Positions 1-12,400 of a stretch of 64,000 nt of DNA are shown in pieces. Each line of letters opens with the position of its first letter. Positions within the stretch are counted from its first letter, which is position 1. The notes below the pieces were generated by a model that ran no database searches, was not told the origin of the DNA, and saw nothing but the letters and a program-made list of their open reading frames with translations. Both the position numbers and the translations under genes were made by a program. Source of the stretch: Glycera tridactyla (Eukaryota); the NCBI GenBank assembly GCA_965644265.1, contig OZ286459.1, forward strand, positions 90,706,001 through 90,770,000, written 5' to 3'.

Positions 1-889
1 CACCGAAACAATGACATGACGATGGGTTCTGGGTACTTCCCACACTATAGACCAATCTGGCGTTGAGTTACATCTTTTCCGGCGTTACACAGCACCTACC
101 CCCTGGTTGCTGACCTTTATTTTGGTATATTAGAAAAAAAATACATAAGAATTGGGGTCAGCAATGTCATGGTTGGGTGGTACACAAGAATCATGGTCCA
201 TGGACGTATCAATATAACACATTTAAGACAATAACGTGAGGTTGAACCTGAACTAACCAACCTAACACCTGGTTGGTCATGTTGAGTTAATTCTGATGCA
301 GGTGATAATTGATTGGGTATCAGGTACAAACACGAATGATGTCTAAATAACACTTAATTCAGTTCACAGTGTGATGCCTTTTTTTTTGGGGGGGGGGCAC
401 ATCTGTGATTGTTCACTCGTCGAAAGTTGAGCGCTGTTCATCTCCTCGACCTCGGATATCCGAGAGAGAGGTAAGCTGAGTATGGAGTGCGATATTGAAT
501 GATGTCTCCAATATTCGAGCATATGTTTTATTGCGAGGAACATATGATGCTTTGGAACAGCACGGCATAACAGCGAGGATATCAAATGCAGAAGGCCAAG
601 TGAGATTCCATGGCAGTGTCAGAAAGTAGCATGATACGATTATGTTCATTAATGATGGGTTTCCTGGTGATAATAACCATTGCGTCTGCTATATGATAAT
701 CACTTTGACCATAACATTTGAAGCTTTCAACTTCGGGAAATAATACCGTGATTTGTGTTAAGAGTGCTTTTCCGACCATACAATTTCCACAATTATGCGT
801 TGGGTGTGCATGATTTCCATATGGTTGACCGAGCATCAGGAAGCGAGGGGTATGGAACGCCATTGGGGACTTTATTCACCATTTAGGGT

Positions 890-1632
890 TCTCCCTAATT
901 CGATTTATGGAGAACCATATTTATTTAGGGAGATCCCTAAATCATTTAGGGTATTCCCTAAATCGAATTATGGAGAACCCTAATTATTCGAGTATTTAGT
1001 GATCTCCCTAATTCGAATTATGGTTCTCACTAAATCAGAATTATGGAGAACCATAAATCGATTTAGGGAAAACCATAATATGAGAAATGAGCTGGTCGAA
1101 TTAGTGATTTCCCTCCTTGAATCATGGTGATCCCATATTGAATAATGGATTTCGGTATCAAACTGCAAGGATTGCCACGACATTTAGTGAGAACCATAGA
1201 TCAATTATGGTATACCCTAAATCTCGACTATATACCAATATCCATATATCATTTAGGGAGTTCCATAAATGAATTATGGAACTCCATGATTCAGTCATGT
1301 TGCAAGCTCACCAGATTTAGTGATCTCCATAAATTGATTTATGGTTTTCCATAATTCGAATTAGGGAACACCCTAAATCGAATTAGGGATCTCCCTAGAT
1401 CGATTTATGGAGTTCCCTAAATCAGGCCAGCCCATGGTGCTGCCATCTTAATTCGAATGAGGGCATTTAGGGAGATCTCTAATTTGATTTAGTGATATCC
1501 ATAAATCGATTTATGGCTTTCCATAATTCGAATTAGGGATCACCCTAAATCGATTCAGGGATCTCCATAATTTGAATTAGGGATCTCCATAAATCGATTT
1601 ATGGATCCCCATAATTCGAATTAGGGATCTCC
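890..1632. repeat. Left subterminal array of short near-palindromic units (e.g. ATTTAGGGAGATCCCTAAAT / ATCGATTTATGGAG)
   Basis: Many degenerate ~20-nt units. 1405-1482 is also an inverted match to about 4703-4790. Confidence 0.85.
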
Positions 1633-1796
1633 TGCTGGTGATGATGCTGGTGGTGCTGCTGGTGATGGTGGTGGCGGTGGTGGTGGTGATGGTGGTGGTG
1701 GTGCTGCTGGTGATGGTGGTGGTGGTGGTGGTGCTGCTGGTGATGGTGCTGCTGGTGGTGCTACTGGTGCTGATGCTGCAGGTGTGTGTGTGTGTC

Positions 1797-1844
<48 letters not shown>

Positions 1845-2475
1845 GGTATGCATGTGTCAGGTTTATGTGTGTCAGGTTCACGTGTGTCAGGTGTGTGTGT
1901 TAAGGTGTGTGTGTCAGGTGTGTGTTAGGTGTGTGTATCAGGTATGTATATCAGGTGTGTGTGTGTGTGTGTGTCAGGTGTGTGTGTGTGTTTGGTGTGT
2001 GTTTCAGGTGTGTATATCAGGTGTGTGTGTCAGGTGTGTGTGTGTGTGTTGGGTGTGTATTTCAGGTGTGTATATCAGGTGTGTGTGTGTCAGGTTTGTG
2101 TGTGTGTCACACCACCAAGTGTGACACACCCAACACACACACCTGACAAACACCCAACACACACACACACACACCTGACACACACACACTTGACACACAC
2201 ACACACACACACACCTGACACACACTCGACACATTCACACCTGGCACACACACCTGACACACATACCTGACATACACACCTGACACACACACCCAACACA
2301 CACACACTTGACACACACACCTGACACACACACACACACCTGACACACACCTAACACACACACACACCTGACACACGCACACCTAACATACACACCTGAC
2401 ACACACACACCCAACACACATACACTTGACACACACCTGACACACACACCTGGCACACACACACACACACACCTG
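1633..2475. repeat. Compound microsatellite: (GGT/GCT)n, then (GT)n interrupted by CAG, then the mirror (AC)n interrupted by CTG
   Basis: Direct reading. Strand polarity flips at about 2105-2125 (gtgtcacac-caccaa-gtgtgacac). Confidence 0.95.
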
Positions 2476-3960
2476 CAGCAGCAGCACCACCACCACCACC
2501 AGCAGCATCACCAGCAGCACAACCTGCACCATCACCAGCAGCACCACCAGCAGCAGCAGCACCACCACCATCACGACCATCACCACCACCATCACCACCA
2601 CCACCACCATCTCCATCACCACCACCAGCACCATCACCAGCAGCACCACCAGCACAATCACCATCACAACCACCATCACCATCACCAGCACCACCACCAG
2701 CACCATCACCAGCAGCACCACCAGCACAATCACCATCACAACCACCATCACCATCACCAGCACCACCACCACCATCTCCACCACCACCACAACCACCACC
2801 ACCACCAGCAGCAGCACCATCACCAGGACCAGCACCACAACCATCACCACCATCCTCACCAGCAGTACCACTAGCACAATCACCAGCAGTACCACCACAA
2901 GCACCAGCAACACCACCGGCACAATCACCACCATCACCACCACCAGCACCATCACAATCAGCACCATCATCAGGAGCCTCAGCACCACCACCACCATCTC
3001 CACCAGCACCAGCACCATCACCACTGGCACCATCACCAGCACCAGCATCACCAGCACCACCACCACCACCACCATCACCACCACAACCACCAGCACCATC
3101 TCCATCACCACCAGCAGCACCATCACCAGCAGCACCACAGCACAATCACAATCACAACCACACTCACCATCACCAGCACTACCACCACCATCTCCACCAC
3201 CACCACAACCACCACCACCACCACCAGCACCATCACCAGCACCAGCACCACCACCATCACCAGCAGTACCACTAGCACAATCACCAGCACCAGCAGCACC
3301 ACCACCAGCACCAGCAACACCACCTGCACAATCACCACCATCACCACCACAAGCACCATCACCATCAGCACCATCACCAGGAGCCTCAGCACCACCACCA
3401 CCATCTCCACCAGCACCATCACCACCAGCACCGGCACCATCATCAGCACCAGCATCACCAGCACCACCACCACTACCACCACCATCACCACACAATCACC
3501 ACCACCATCTCCATCACCATCACCAGCACCATCACCAGCAGCACCACCAGCATAATCACCATCACAACCACCACCACCATCACCATCACCATCACCATCA
3601 CCACCATCTCCACCACCACCACAACTACCACCACCACCAGCAGCAGCACCATTACCAGCACCAGCACCACCACCATCACCAGCAGTACCACTAGCACAAT
3701 CACCAGCACCAGCACCACCACCACCAGCACCAGCAACACCACGGGCACAATCACCACCATCACCACCACTTGCACCATCCCCATCAGCACCATCACCAGG
3801 AGAACCAGCACCACCACCACCATCTCCACCAGCACCAGCACCATCACCACCGGCACCATCATCAGCACCAGCATCACCAGCACCAGCACCACCACCACCA
3901 TCATTGTCAATGTCACCACAGCCGTCACTGCCACCATCACCACCATGAACACTACCACAG
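2476..3960. repeat. Degenerate (CAC/CAG/CAT)n trinucleotide block with a ~400-bp higher-order repeat
   Basis: The motif accagcagtaccactagcacaatcaccagc recurs at about 2860, 3260 and 3680. Confidence 0.9.
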
Positions 3961-4035
3961 AGAGAGAGAGAGTGTGAGAGAGAGAGAGAGAGAGAGACGT
4001 GCGTCGAAATAATGGCACCTAGCGCAGTTGTCAAC

Positions 4036-4109
<74 letters not shown>

Positions 4110-4270
4110 CGTCACTCTCTCTCCTCCCCTCTCTCTCTCTCTCCCCCGTCTCCGTCTCCGTCTCCGTCTCCCGCTCTTGCTCCCGCTCATGCTCTCTCTC
4201 TCCCTCCCCTTCCCTCTCTCCCTCCCCCTCTCTCACTCTCTCTCCCTCCTCGTCTCCCTCTCCGTCTCCT
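3961..4270. repeat. (AG)n - 39-bp spacer - (CT)n and CT-rich tract
   Basis: (AG)n about 3961-3997, (TC)n about 4037-4107, then degenerate CT/CCG repeats. Confidence 0.95.
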
Positions 4271-4284
4271 GATCCCGCTCCCAC

Positions 4285-4528
4285 TCCCGCTTCATGACGC
4301 CACAATTGCTTGTACCCTTGGTATCACACATTGATTGTGACGAGACAGAGCTTCCTTCATTATGACGTCATATCAGCGATCCCTGAAATCTCTCTCTCTC
4401 TCCCTGTCTCCCGCTCCAGCTCCAACTCCTGCTTCATGACGTCACAATTGGTTTTCCCTTTGGTATCACACACTGATTGTGACGAGACAGAGCTTCCTTC
4501 ATTATGACGTCATAACAGCGATCCCCGA
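4285..4528. repeat. Two diverged tandem copies of a ~100-bp unit
   Basis: cttcatgacg(c/t)cacaattg...ggtatcacaca(t/c)tgattgtgacgagacagagcttccttcattatgacgtcat...cagcgatccc at about 4290 and 4432. Confidence 0.9.
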
Positions 4529-4549
4529 CTTCGTTTCCCTAGATCAAGC

Positions 4550-5060
4550 CAGTGGTACTGCCATCTTACATTAAATGAAGGCATTTAGGGAGATCTCTAA
4601 TACGAATTAGGGATCTCCCTAAATGCCTACATTTGAAGTGAGATGGCACCACCATAGACTGGCATGAATTAAGGAATACCACAAATCGATTCATGGAGAT
4701 CACTAAATCGAATTAGAGATCTCCCCAAATGTCTTTATTTGAAGTAAGATGGCAGCACTATGGGCAGGCCTGATTTAGGGAACTCCATAAATTGATTTAG
4801 GGAGATGCCTAAATCAATTTAGGGTTCTCCCTAATTCGAATTATGGAAAACCATATTTCATTCAGAAAAAACCATGAATGATTTATGGTTCTCCCTATAT
4901 CTTCAAATTAGGGATCTCCATAAATGATTTATGGAGAACCCTAAATAGATTTAGTGATCTCCATAATTATTTAGGGTTTACCCTAATTCATTTATGGAAC
5001 ACCCTTAATGATTTATGGATCTCCCTAATTAATATGGTTCTCCATAAATCGAATTAGGGA
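4550..5060. repeat. Right subterminal array of the same palindromic units
   Basis: Same TAGGGATCTCC/ATTTATGGAGAACC units, in inverted arrangement relative to the left arm. Confidence 0.85.
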
Positions 5061-5364
5061 GAACCCTAAATGGTGAATAAAGTCCCCAATGGCGTTCCAT
5101 AGAGGGGCAATGTAGAACTTTGTGAGACGTCATGACGTGCATCGCAAAGAACCAACTGGTACATGGACTGACTGAAGGAATCCATGGGGCGCATGGGTAT
5201 TAAGTGTGACGTATAATGCTAAGTCAGTATTCAGAGAAATATTCGACCAATCCAGAGCTTGCCAACTTTTAGAGTCAATAGGATTACCCAAAGATGAAGT
5301 GAACTTCCACTGGGAATAGGACTGGGGTAGATGAGGATTAAATGATTATAGGTAGTACCAGTTT

Positions 5365-6010
5365 CGTTCACTTCATATCCTATCATGCCTCAAAGTATCC
5401 ACAATACAAGGCCAGTTTGGTTCATATCCTGCCCTCTCATGCCTCACAGTATCCACAACACAATGCCATTCTAGTTTATATCCCACGCACAGTATCATGC
5501 CTCATTGCATTTACAATACAATGCCGGTTTAGTTTATATCTTGCACTGTCATACCCCATTGTATTCACAATGCAATACCGGTTTTGTTTATATCCTACAC
5601 TGTCATGCCTCGTTGTATCTATGATACAATGTCAGTTTAATTTATATCCCATACTGTCATACCCCATTTTATTCACAATACAATGCCGGTTTCGTATATA
5701 CCCCACGCTGTCATGCCTCATCGCATTTATAATACGCTGCTGGTCTCGTTTTCACCCTGCACTGCCGTGCTCCATTATATTCATAACACAATGCCAGTTT
5801 CGTTTATATCCTGCACTGCCATGCTGTCTTATTGTATTCACAATATAATGCCGGTCAACTTTATATCCCACACTATCATGCCCCCTTGTATTCACAATAC
5901 AATGTCTGTTTCGTTTATATCATACACTGTCATGCCTCATTGTATTCATAATACAATACCGGTTTCATTCATATCCTACACTGGTATGCCTCATTGTATT
6001 GACAATACGA
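5365..6010. repeat. 54-bp minisatellite, about 12 diverged copies
   Basis: The tttatatcc...ctgtcatgcc...ttgtattcacaatacaatgccggttt unit recurs at 5533, 5587, 5641 and onward (54-bp period). Confidence 0.9.
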
Positions 6011-6144
6011 TAACTGTTCAGTATATCATACCCTATTGGACTTCGTCTCAACGTATTGACAGTACATATTCACGATAAAACTCAGTTTAGTTTACAGACT
6101 ATCAGATCTTGCCCTGGCCGAATCCTGCTCTCTGATGTACTTAC

Positions 6145-6315
6145 ATGCCTCAGAAGGGTCGTTGAAATCGGGTCGGTTAGTGCTCTTGGAGGACATGGAG
6201 ATTGTGACATTTTCTTGGGTGTAATCGAACGTGAATGCATACACCAAGCTCCCAAAGGTCAGCTTGCCTGCGTACCAGTTGGAATCAGTCCATGCACTTG
6301 GAAAATTACAACGCG
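6145..6315 (-). CDS. Exon, phase 1-1, 171 nt: ARCNFPSAWTDSNWYAGKLTFGSLVYAFTFDYTQENVTISMSSKSTNRPDFNDPSEA
   Basis: Acceptor ttcttttccag, donor gtaagt, open frame, C-x-F-P-x2-W-x4-W motif and an NVT sequon. Confidence 0.8.
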
Positions 6316-9300
6316 CTGGAAAAGAACCAATGTGTGAGAAGGGAAGAAAGGGTTGGGGGAAAGAGAGATTGATAGAGAAAAGAAATAGCGGGGGATAGAG
6401 GAGAGAGGGGGAGGGACGCGGGAGCGAGAGGGAGAGAGGAAGGGGAAAGAGAAAGAGAGAGATAGAGAGCGAGAAAGAGAGAGTGATAGAATTAAAATTA
6501 TTCAACAAGTTTACGTCTTTCAGGCTGATCATGAGCAGGCATTCAGAACCAGTAGTATTGTGCAAAAACACACAGAAATTTTCAAAAATCCTTGATGTAT
6601 ATGGTCTATTTTTTCTGGTCAAAAAAATGTTTCATGTCTTCAGTTTTGTACTACATTGGTGTTTCCTGCCATCAACAGGTTTTATGGACAGCTATTGCTT
6701 TGTAGATGCGATTCAGCTTCAGATATTTTCATCGGGGTATGATACTGTGAAGCGCATTCTACTCCCAATATCCAATGTTACCATTGGAATGACTGGTTCT
6801 GGGTGCTGATCATCGACAGTCACTAGAGTATATTCAATTTGATGAATCATTACTCTCATTTAATGTGACTCACGAGAAGCAAAAATGCAATAATTGAATT
6901 CACATGTCTGAGTTTCAGTCAGTACGTCATACAATGATTTCCAATAAACAATTATCACAGATGTCAAACATCTTGCTAGAAAAATAAATCCCTACCACTT
7001 TAATGGCTATGAGTAATTTCCCTTGATCAGGCTGCTGTTATCAAGTTTTGGACTCAGATTTTGCATGAAAAATTTACTACTAATCTCAGTTGATAACCTG
7101 GGGTTATGAATCGATCACTAACTGTAACATTTCCTCGCAAGGATGCATCTTCCATAATTAAATGCTATGAATAGTGTTTCATTTTATCTATCTGACGAAT
7201 GAAGACGACTCATCAGTTCTCCTGCTTGGAATCATCAGCTTCTCCGACTTTCACTCCAACCAATAGGCATAGCTATAATTGTCTATAGAATTCGATGACC
7301 TTCATTTTCGTTTAGAATTACAGCTTTTTGTGTGAGCATGCTCAACGATATGATCATGTGTATATATCTGTCCCTGCGAAAAAAGTACTATCGTTGAATT
7401 ATCCTTGGCTTAGATATGATTGCGTCCAGTGTACAATTAAATCAACAGAAAATAGAAAATTAGCATGAGAATGCTAGAGATATTATTTAGCGAACCTGCT
7501 CTGGTCATATTGAGGTGGACGCGATGCATATCGGCGGTTTGGTAGGTCATCCTCTCGCTGCAGGACGCGAAGTCTCCTAGTTCGTTGATGACGTTGATCG
7601 ACATCTCCACGCGCCCATCCTCACTCGATACCATATAACGCTTTTGACAACATGAGACGAATAATGTGAATGGCTTCTCCATCAGCCTCAATTCCGACAT
7701 ATAGAGGATGACAGCTTTCAGTTCCGGACATTTCCACTAGGGTATTTCAGTAGGTGGTGCTTGCAGTGAGCTGAATTCTACATCCTGTCCCTGTCTACAC
7801 CATGGTAATCTCATTTGAATATCGCANNNNNNNNNNNNNNNNNNNNNNNNNNNNNNNNNNNNNNNNNNNNNNNNNNNNNNNNNNNNNNNNNNNNNNNNNN
7901 NNNNNNNNNNNNNNNNNNNNNNNNNNNNNNNNNNNNNNNNNNNNNNNNNNNNNNNNNNNNNNNNNNNNNNNNNNNNNNNNNNNNNNNNNNNNNNNNNNTC
8001 TTAGAAACACGCAGATAGCCGTATGTAGGCATACGCTGGAGACATTCAGAAATACAGATTTTACTGCATGGGCCAAGCAATACAATCACAGTCTTCCATT
8101 CACACCAGGAGCCCGTTTCACCAATAAGTGAATTCAACCGATACCTTGATTACCCTGGTTCTGAAAACCTGGTGACTGAGAGCGCATACGCCATTTTGAG
8201 TGCATCTGCACCCTGAGTGAAATTTGCCCCAGTTTCTACAGGCTTATAAGCAAGGGTTACTAAGACATGGTGGAGTTGAGCATGTGGGTGCATCTTACCG
8301 CGCAGTAGTAGAGATTGCCGGCATATATGAGCATGTGATCTCCAGCTTCCTCCAAGGCAAAATCGGCTGGGAATGCATCCAGACAGTGGAAGGATGATAC
8401 CATCGAAGCTGAAGGATAAACATGAGCGAATTTTATGTTCAATCATATAAATCAACAATAGAAAGGAGGATATGAGAGGAAAGGTCATAGCTCTCGCTGC
8501 ATAGCAGGCTTCCCTTGCAATCATTTCCAGCAGCGACATGAGTTTCTTACCCCCACCCCCCCCCCCCCCCCCTTCGGAATACCACAGCTGATGAAAGGAG
8601 TTATTCATCACTAATATGCTATCAGTCCGTAAGAATTCTGGTCATCTTGTTTCCTGAATACACAATATACTCGTTCTGCAGTATTCAGCAGAGCATTTGG
8701 TGATAATTGCTCCGTACTTTTGATACTATGACGACTCGTGAATCTGAATACTAGTTTGATATTGGGCAAACCCCTCAACATATTTCCTTTCTCCACCAAC
8801 CGGCCGAAAAAGATGATATCCAAGGAAGGTTTGGGTGGTGAAGGGGTTGGATATGTTGCAGCGTCAGTGATTCAGATCAGGATTTTCATCGACTTCATGT
8901 AAATGCCAATTCAATGCTTACGTGACACGAGATTGGTGAGAATGGGGAATCAAAGTGTTCCAGTCGGCCCCTTTAATGGGTAGGTATTTTCGCCCATTGG
9001 GCTCCTGACAAGGTGTACAGTTGCACGCAGCACACTGCATGAATCTAGGTGGGTTGTTGGGGGGGGGGGGGGGTGAACGGCATGATACTAAGCAGTAACT
9101 GTTAGAGTAGTAAAACTGCGACGGGATCGTGGTCACTTCTGTATGTATATACGTGTAACCGTTGCCTGTCTGAGTTTATATTGCATCTTCCTCTTGGAGG
9201 AGAGGTGTACCGACCGAGGCTTTTGGGAGGTATATTTCGTCTACGATAACATTTCTTATCGTCTACAAAACGTGCATTCAACATTCACAACTGCATTCAA

Positions 9301-9460
9301 CCATGCTCAACAATCAATCTTCCCGTGGGTGCTATACAGGCTGGTAAGACCGCTATGTTTATCATGTTGATGGGCTCAATTTTGTTCCACTTTCATTGCA
9401 TGGGCCTCAATAGCGCAATGGTTGGGCATGGCTGACAATGTCAAATGCCTTTCTATCAGG

Positions 9461-9497
<37 letters not shown>

Positions 9498-12400
9498 GCG
9501 TGGGGGTTATGAAATCGGGGAGGGGGATATAGCATGGTATGAACGCCAGCAAGTCTTTGTGAATGCCTGGGTGGATAAATAAGTGAACGAATGAATGAAT
9601 GAATTAATGAATGGATGAACGAATGAATGAATTGATGAATGAATGAATGAATTAATTAATTAATGAAGAATGAATTCGTCTTTCAATCAGCCATTCAATC
9701 AATCGATCAATCGATCAATCAGTCGATCGGCCATCCCTTCGACCAATTCAACCAACCAATCAATCAAAATCCATCGATCAAGCAGTCGAAGGATAAATTA
9801 GTGGGATAACTTACACACTAGATCTAGTTCACAATCGAAGAATTCTATGCCACCAGAAAAGACCTCGCTATCGCATGTGGTCATTGTGTCGTTGTTCATG
9901 ACAATGATATCATACAAGCCCTCCAGAACTCCGCTACACTCGGCGTCCTCCAACAACGACTCTTCAGCCGCATCTGCTCGAAAGTTGAGGTTTTAGTTAC
10001 AGAAATCAAATGACAGATTACATTTTTCTCTCACTCTCGAGTGTATATGAAAGTTGAACTGCAATAAAAACCACTTGAAAATGAGCACCACCTGCCTGAT
10101 GAGGCACAGGCACTTATTATTTGAAGTCTTTCATATAAGAAACCGTGTGACATCTGATAGTGAGTTTAAGTTAATGTCATTATACATGCTAGACTATCAG
10201 CGTGCAAATTGTCGCACCCGTGCTCTTTCACGAGGTAACATGAATATTGGGCAGCGGAAGACAGAATTGGCAAGACGCTCCTGTTTTTGCAGATCAATCT
10301 ATTAGCACCTGAAATAACAGCCCAGAATTCCTTCAGAACGCTACCTCAAACTCTACGTATAAATTAGCATATAAACAAGACTTATTATCGAACTAACGTG
10401 TCCTGCTAGTCACATGATATCTGTGATGACACTGATGTCCTTGATCAAGCTCTCGTGGTTTCAAGTCTAAGTGCAATGTGCAACTACAGTCAAACCTGCT
10501 CTAAAGACCACCTCTATATAAAGACCACCTGAGCTGCGACCGTGGTAGTATTTTCAAAAGTAATTGACCTCTCTATGAAGACCACCTGCCCATAAAGACT
10601 GCTTTTTTTATGCGACCGAAGGCGGTCTTCATAGACAGGTTTGACTGTATTCGCATATGGAAGTACTATAATTGCTCAGCTTGACTAAGTACTCCTTTGT
10701 CACTCGTATGTACCACCATGCACAACATCATTCACTTTTGAGTAATCATATACCGTCTCTTAAAATCAACCCTGCCTTGTGTTGAATGTGTATTTTACCT
10801 AGTAACTGTACTGTCACACGTGAAGTCAGGATGCCACTTGCTTTTACTACTCCAACCACCAGTGAGACTGGGAGTTACCCGACTTTATTATGCCTCAAGC
10901 CCAAACAATATATGTCTACTTCCGTGACAAGTGCCTATGAATAAAATACTGTATTCTGTATATTTTCGGTATGGAACCCAGACATAGCAGTGTTGAATGA
11001 TCCAACCATGCATTTTGTATCAGGGTCTCGACATGGTCCAGCCAAAGCCCACGAAGCATCGCCCCACTAACGAGCCAACCAACCCCTCCAACAATAATAG
11101 AATAACCGGAATTGCATTGAACAACACCTGGAAATGACGCAAGATACCTAAAAACTGGCAAACTTTGAACAGCTTACTTCTGACGAGGATATTGACCTGG
11201 TCCAATCCGTCTAGCTCATCTTTGCACTCCTGTCCAGACATGGCTTCGGCTGTAAAGTAGATGTCAGAGATATTTATTGTCTTACTATCTGTTTGTCTAT
11301 CACCATCATCATCACCATCACCATCACTACCTATAGGGAAATGTGCATGGTGTAGTGGTAGCATATTCAAACCTAAGCCAAATGTAAACTCGCAGCTATG
11401 GGTGAGATGGGTGAACATGACAGAGGTGTGAGGATGTGTATACCAGTATGGCTGAACCATATACTCCACTAATAGCCCAACAGACTACACATGTTGTCTG
11501 GGGCCCCACTGTTGAGCTCAAATCAGGCATGAGCTACACACCACCAGGGCTGAGTTATGGTATGAGCCCTTATCTGTGATCTGAAATCGATGGTCATAGG
11601 TTAGCAATGGCACTATAATAACTGACCACAAATTTAGATACACTGATACCCGTCATCAGCACAAATGCACATGCAAGCACAAGAGAGGTGGGTTCAAAAT
11701 TCAAGAGGGTTCCACCTTGCCAAGATGAAACCTGTCATTCATAAATAACTAACAGCAGTACTGGAGAGATCAGAAACTTCAGGCACTGACAGTGGGTATT
11801 GAGCTGAGATCCGTCAAAACAGCCAAACAAACAAACGTTCACCACACATCTGAGTCAAGTGGCGGAGTCTGGAGATCCTACTCAGTCATGCTCACACCAA
11901 TGCCCCCTGTCTGGGAGGCGAGCATCCTAATCTGTGTAATGGACCATGTATATTGAGAATTAGCAACTCGCAATTATCATCTCAAATTATTCTATAGTCT
12001 CTCGATGTGTATATGGAGGAGGCCATGCATAACATGACTACCAGGAATCAATGCTGACCACTGACTATACAATCTCCTCCAGCTGGTTTTAACCTCAGTG
12101 AGTTTATCCAATACATTCTGAGCAACGACCTTACAGGGTCGATACAAGCCGGTATAGAAGCTTTACTCACTGATTGTTGTGGATTTCTCGATTAGTCCAT
12201 TTCCCAGATCACCAGTCTGCCATTGCATGCAGAATCGAACACTTCCCAGCTCATTAGAAGCTGTCGTTAGTTGAGTGTTCACATCGTAGGTGATATCAAT
12301 ACACGTGAAATCTACAAACAAGCCATGATCTCAGCATCAGTTTGGAGGATATAACACCAGCTGCGATATTCTTTCGATCGCTTAAGATCACATACAGCTG

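Larger units (their letters stand above)
851..5101. mobile_element. Non-autonomous TIR/fold-back DNA transposon, IS3EU-like termini
   Basis: 851-921 is the exact reverse complement of 5031-5101 (71 bp, starts TATGGAACGCC). The 6-bp direct repeat GAGGGG flanks it at 845-850 and 5102-5107. No transposase ORF. Confidence 0.85.

Noticed and set aside
582-863. Minus-strand ORF containing ESFKCYG, a possible continuation after exon 6145
   Set aside because: No good donor before the stop, and it starts inside the transposon TIR; unsupported.
1638-4305. Long ORFs (Gly/Ala/Asp-, Val-, CV-, ER- and SL-rich, up to 370 aa)
   Set aside because: They are translations of stop-free microsatellites inside a TIR element; several frames on both strands are open and there are no convincing splice boundaries.
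5342-6078. 168-aa and 131-aa plus-strand ORFs
   Set aside because: Read-through of a 54-bp (18-codon) minisatellite.
8922-9044. Candidate exon with a strong gtaagc donor (FMQCAACNCTPCQEP...)
   Set aside because: Open only in phase 2-2, incompatible with the phase-1 neighbours. No counterpart in block 2.
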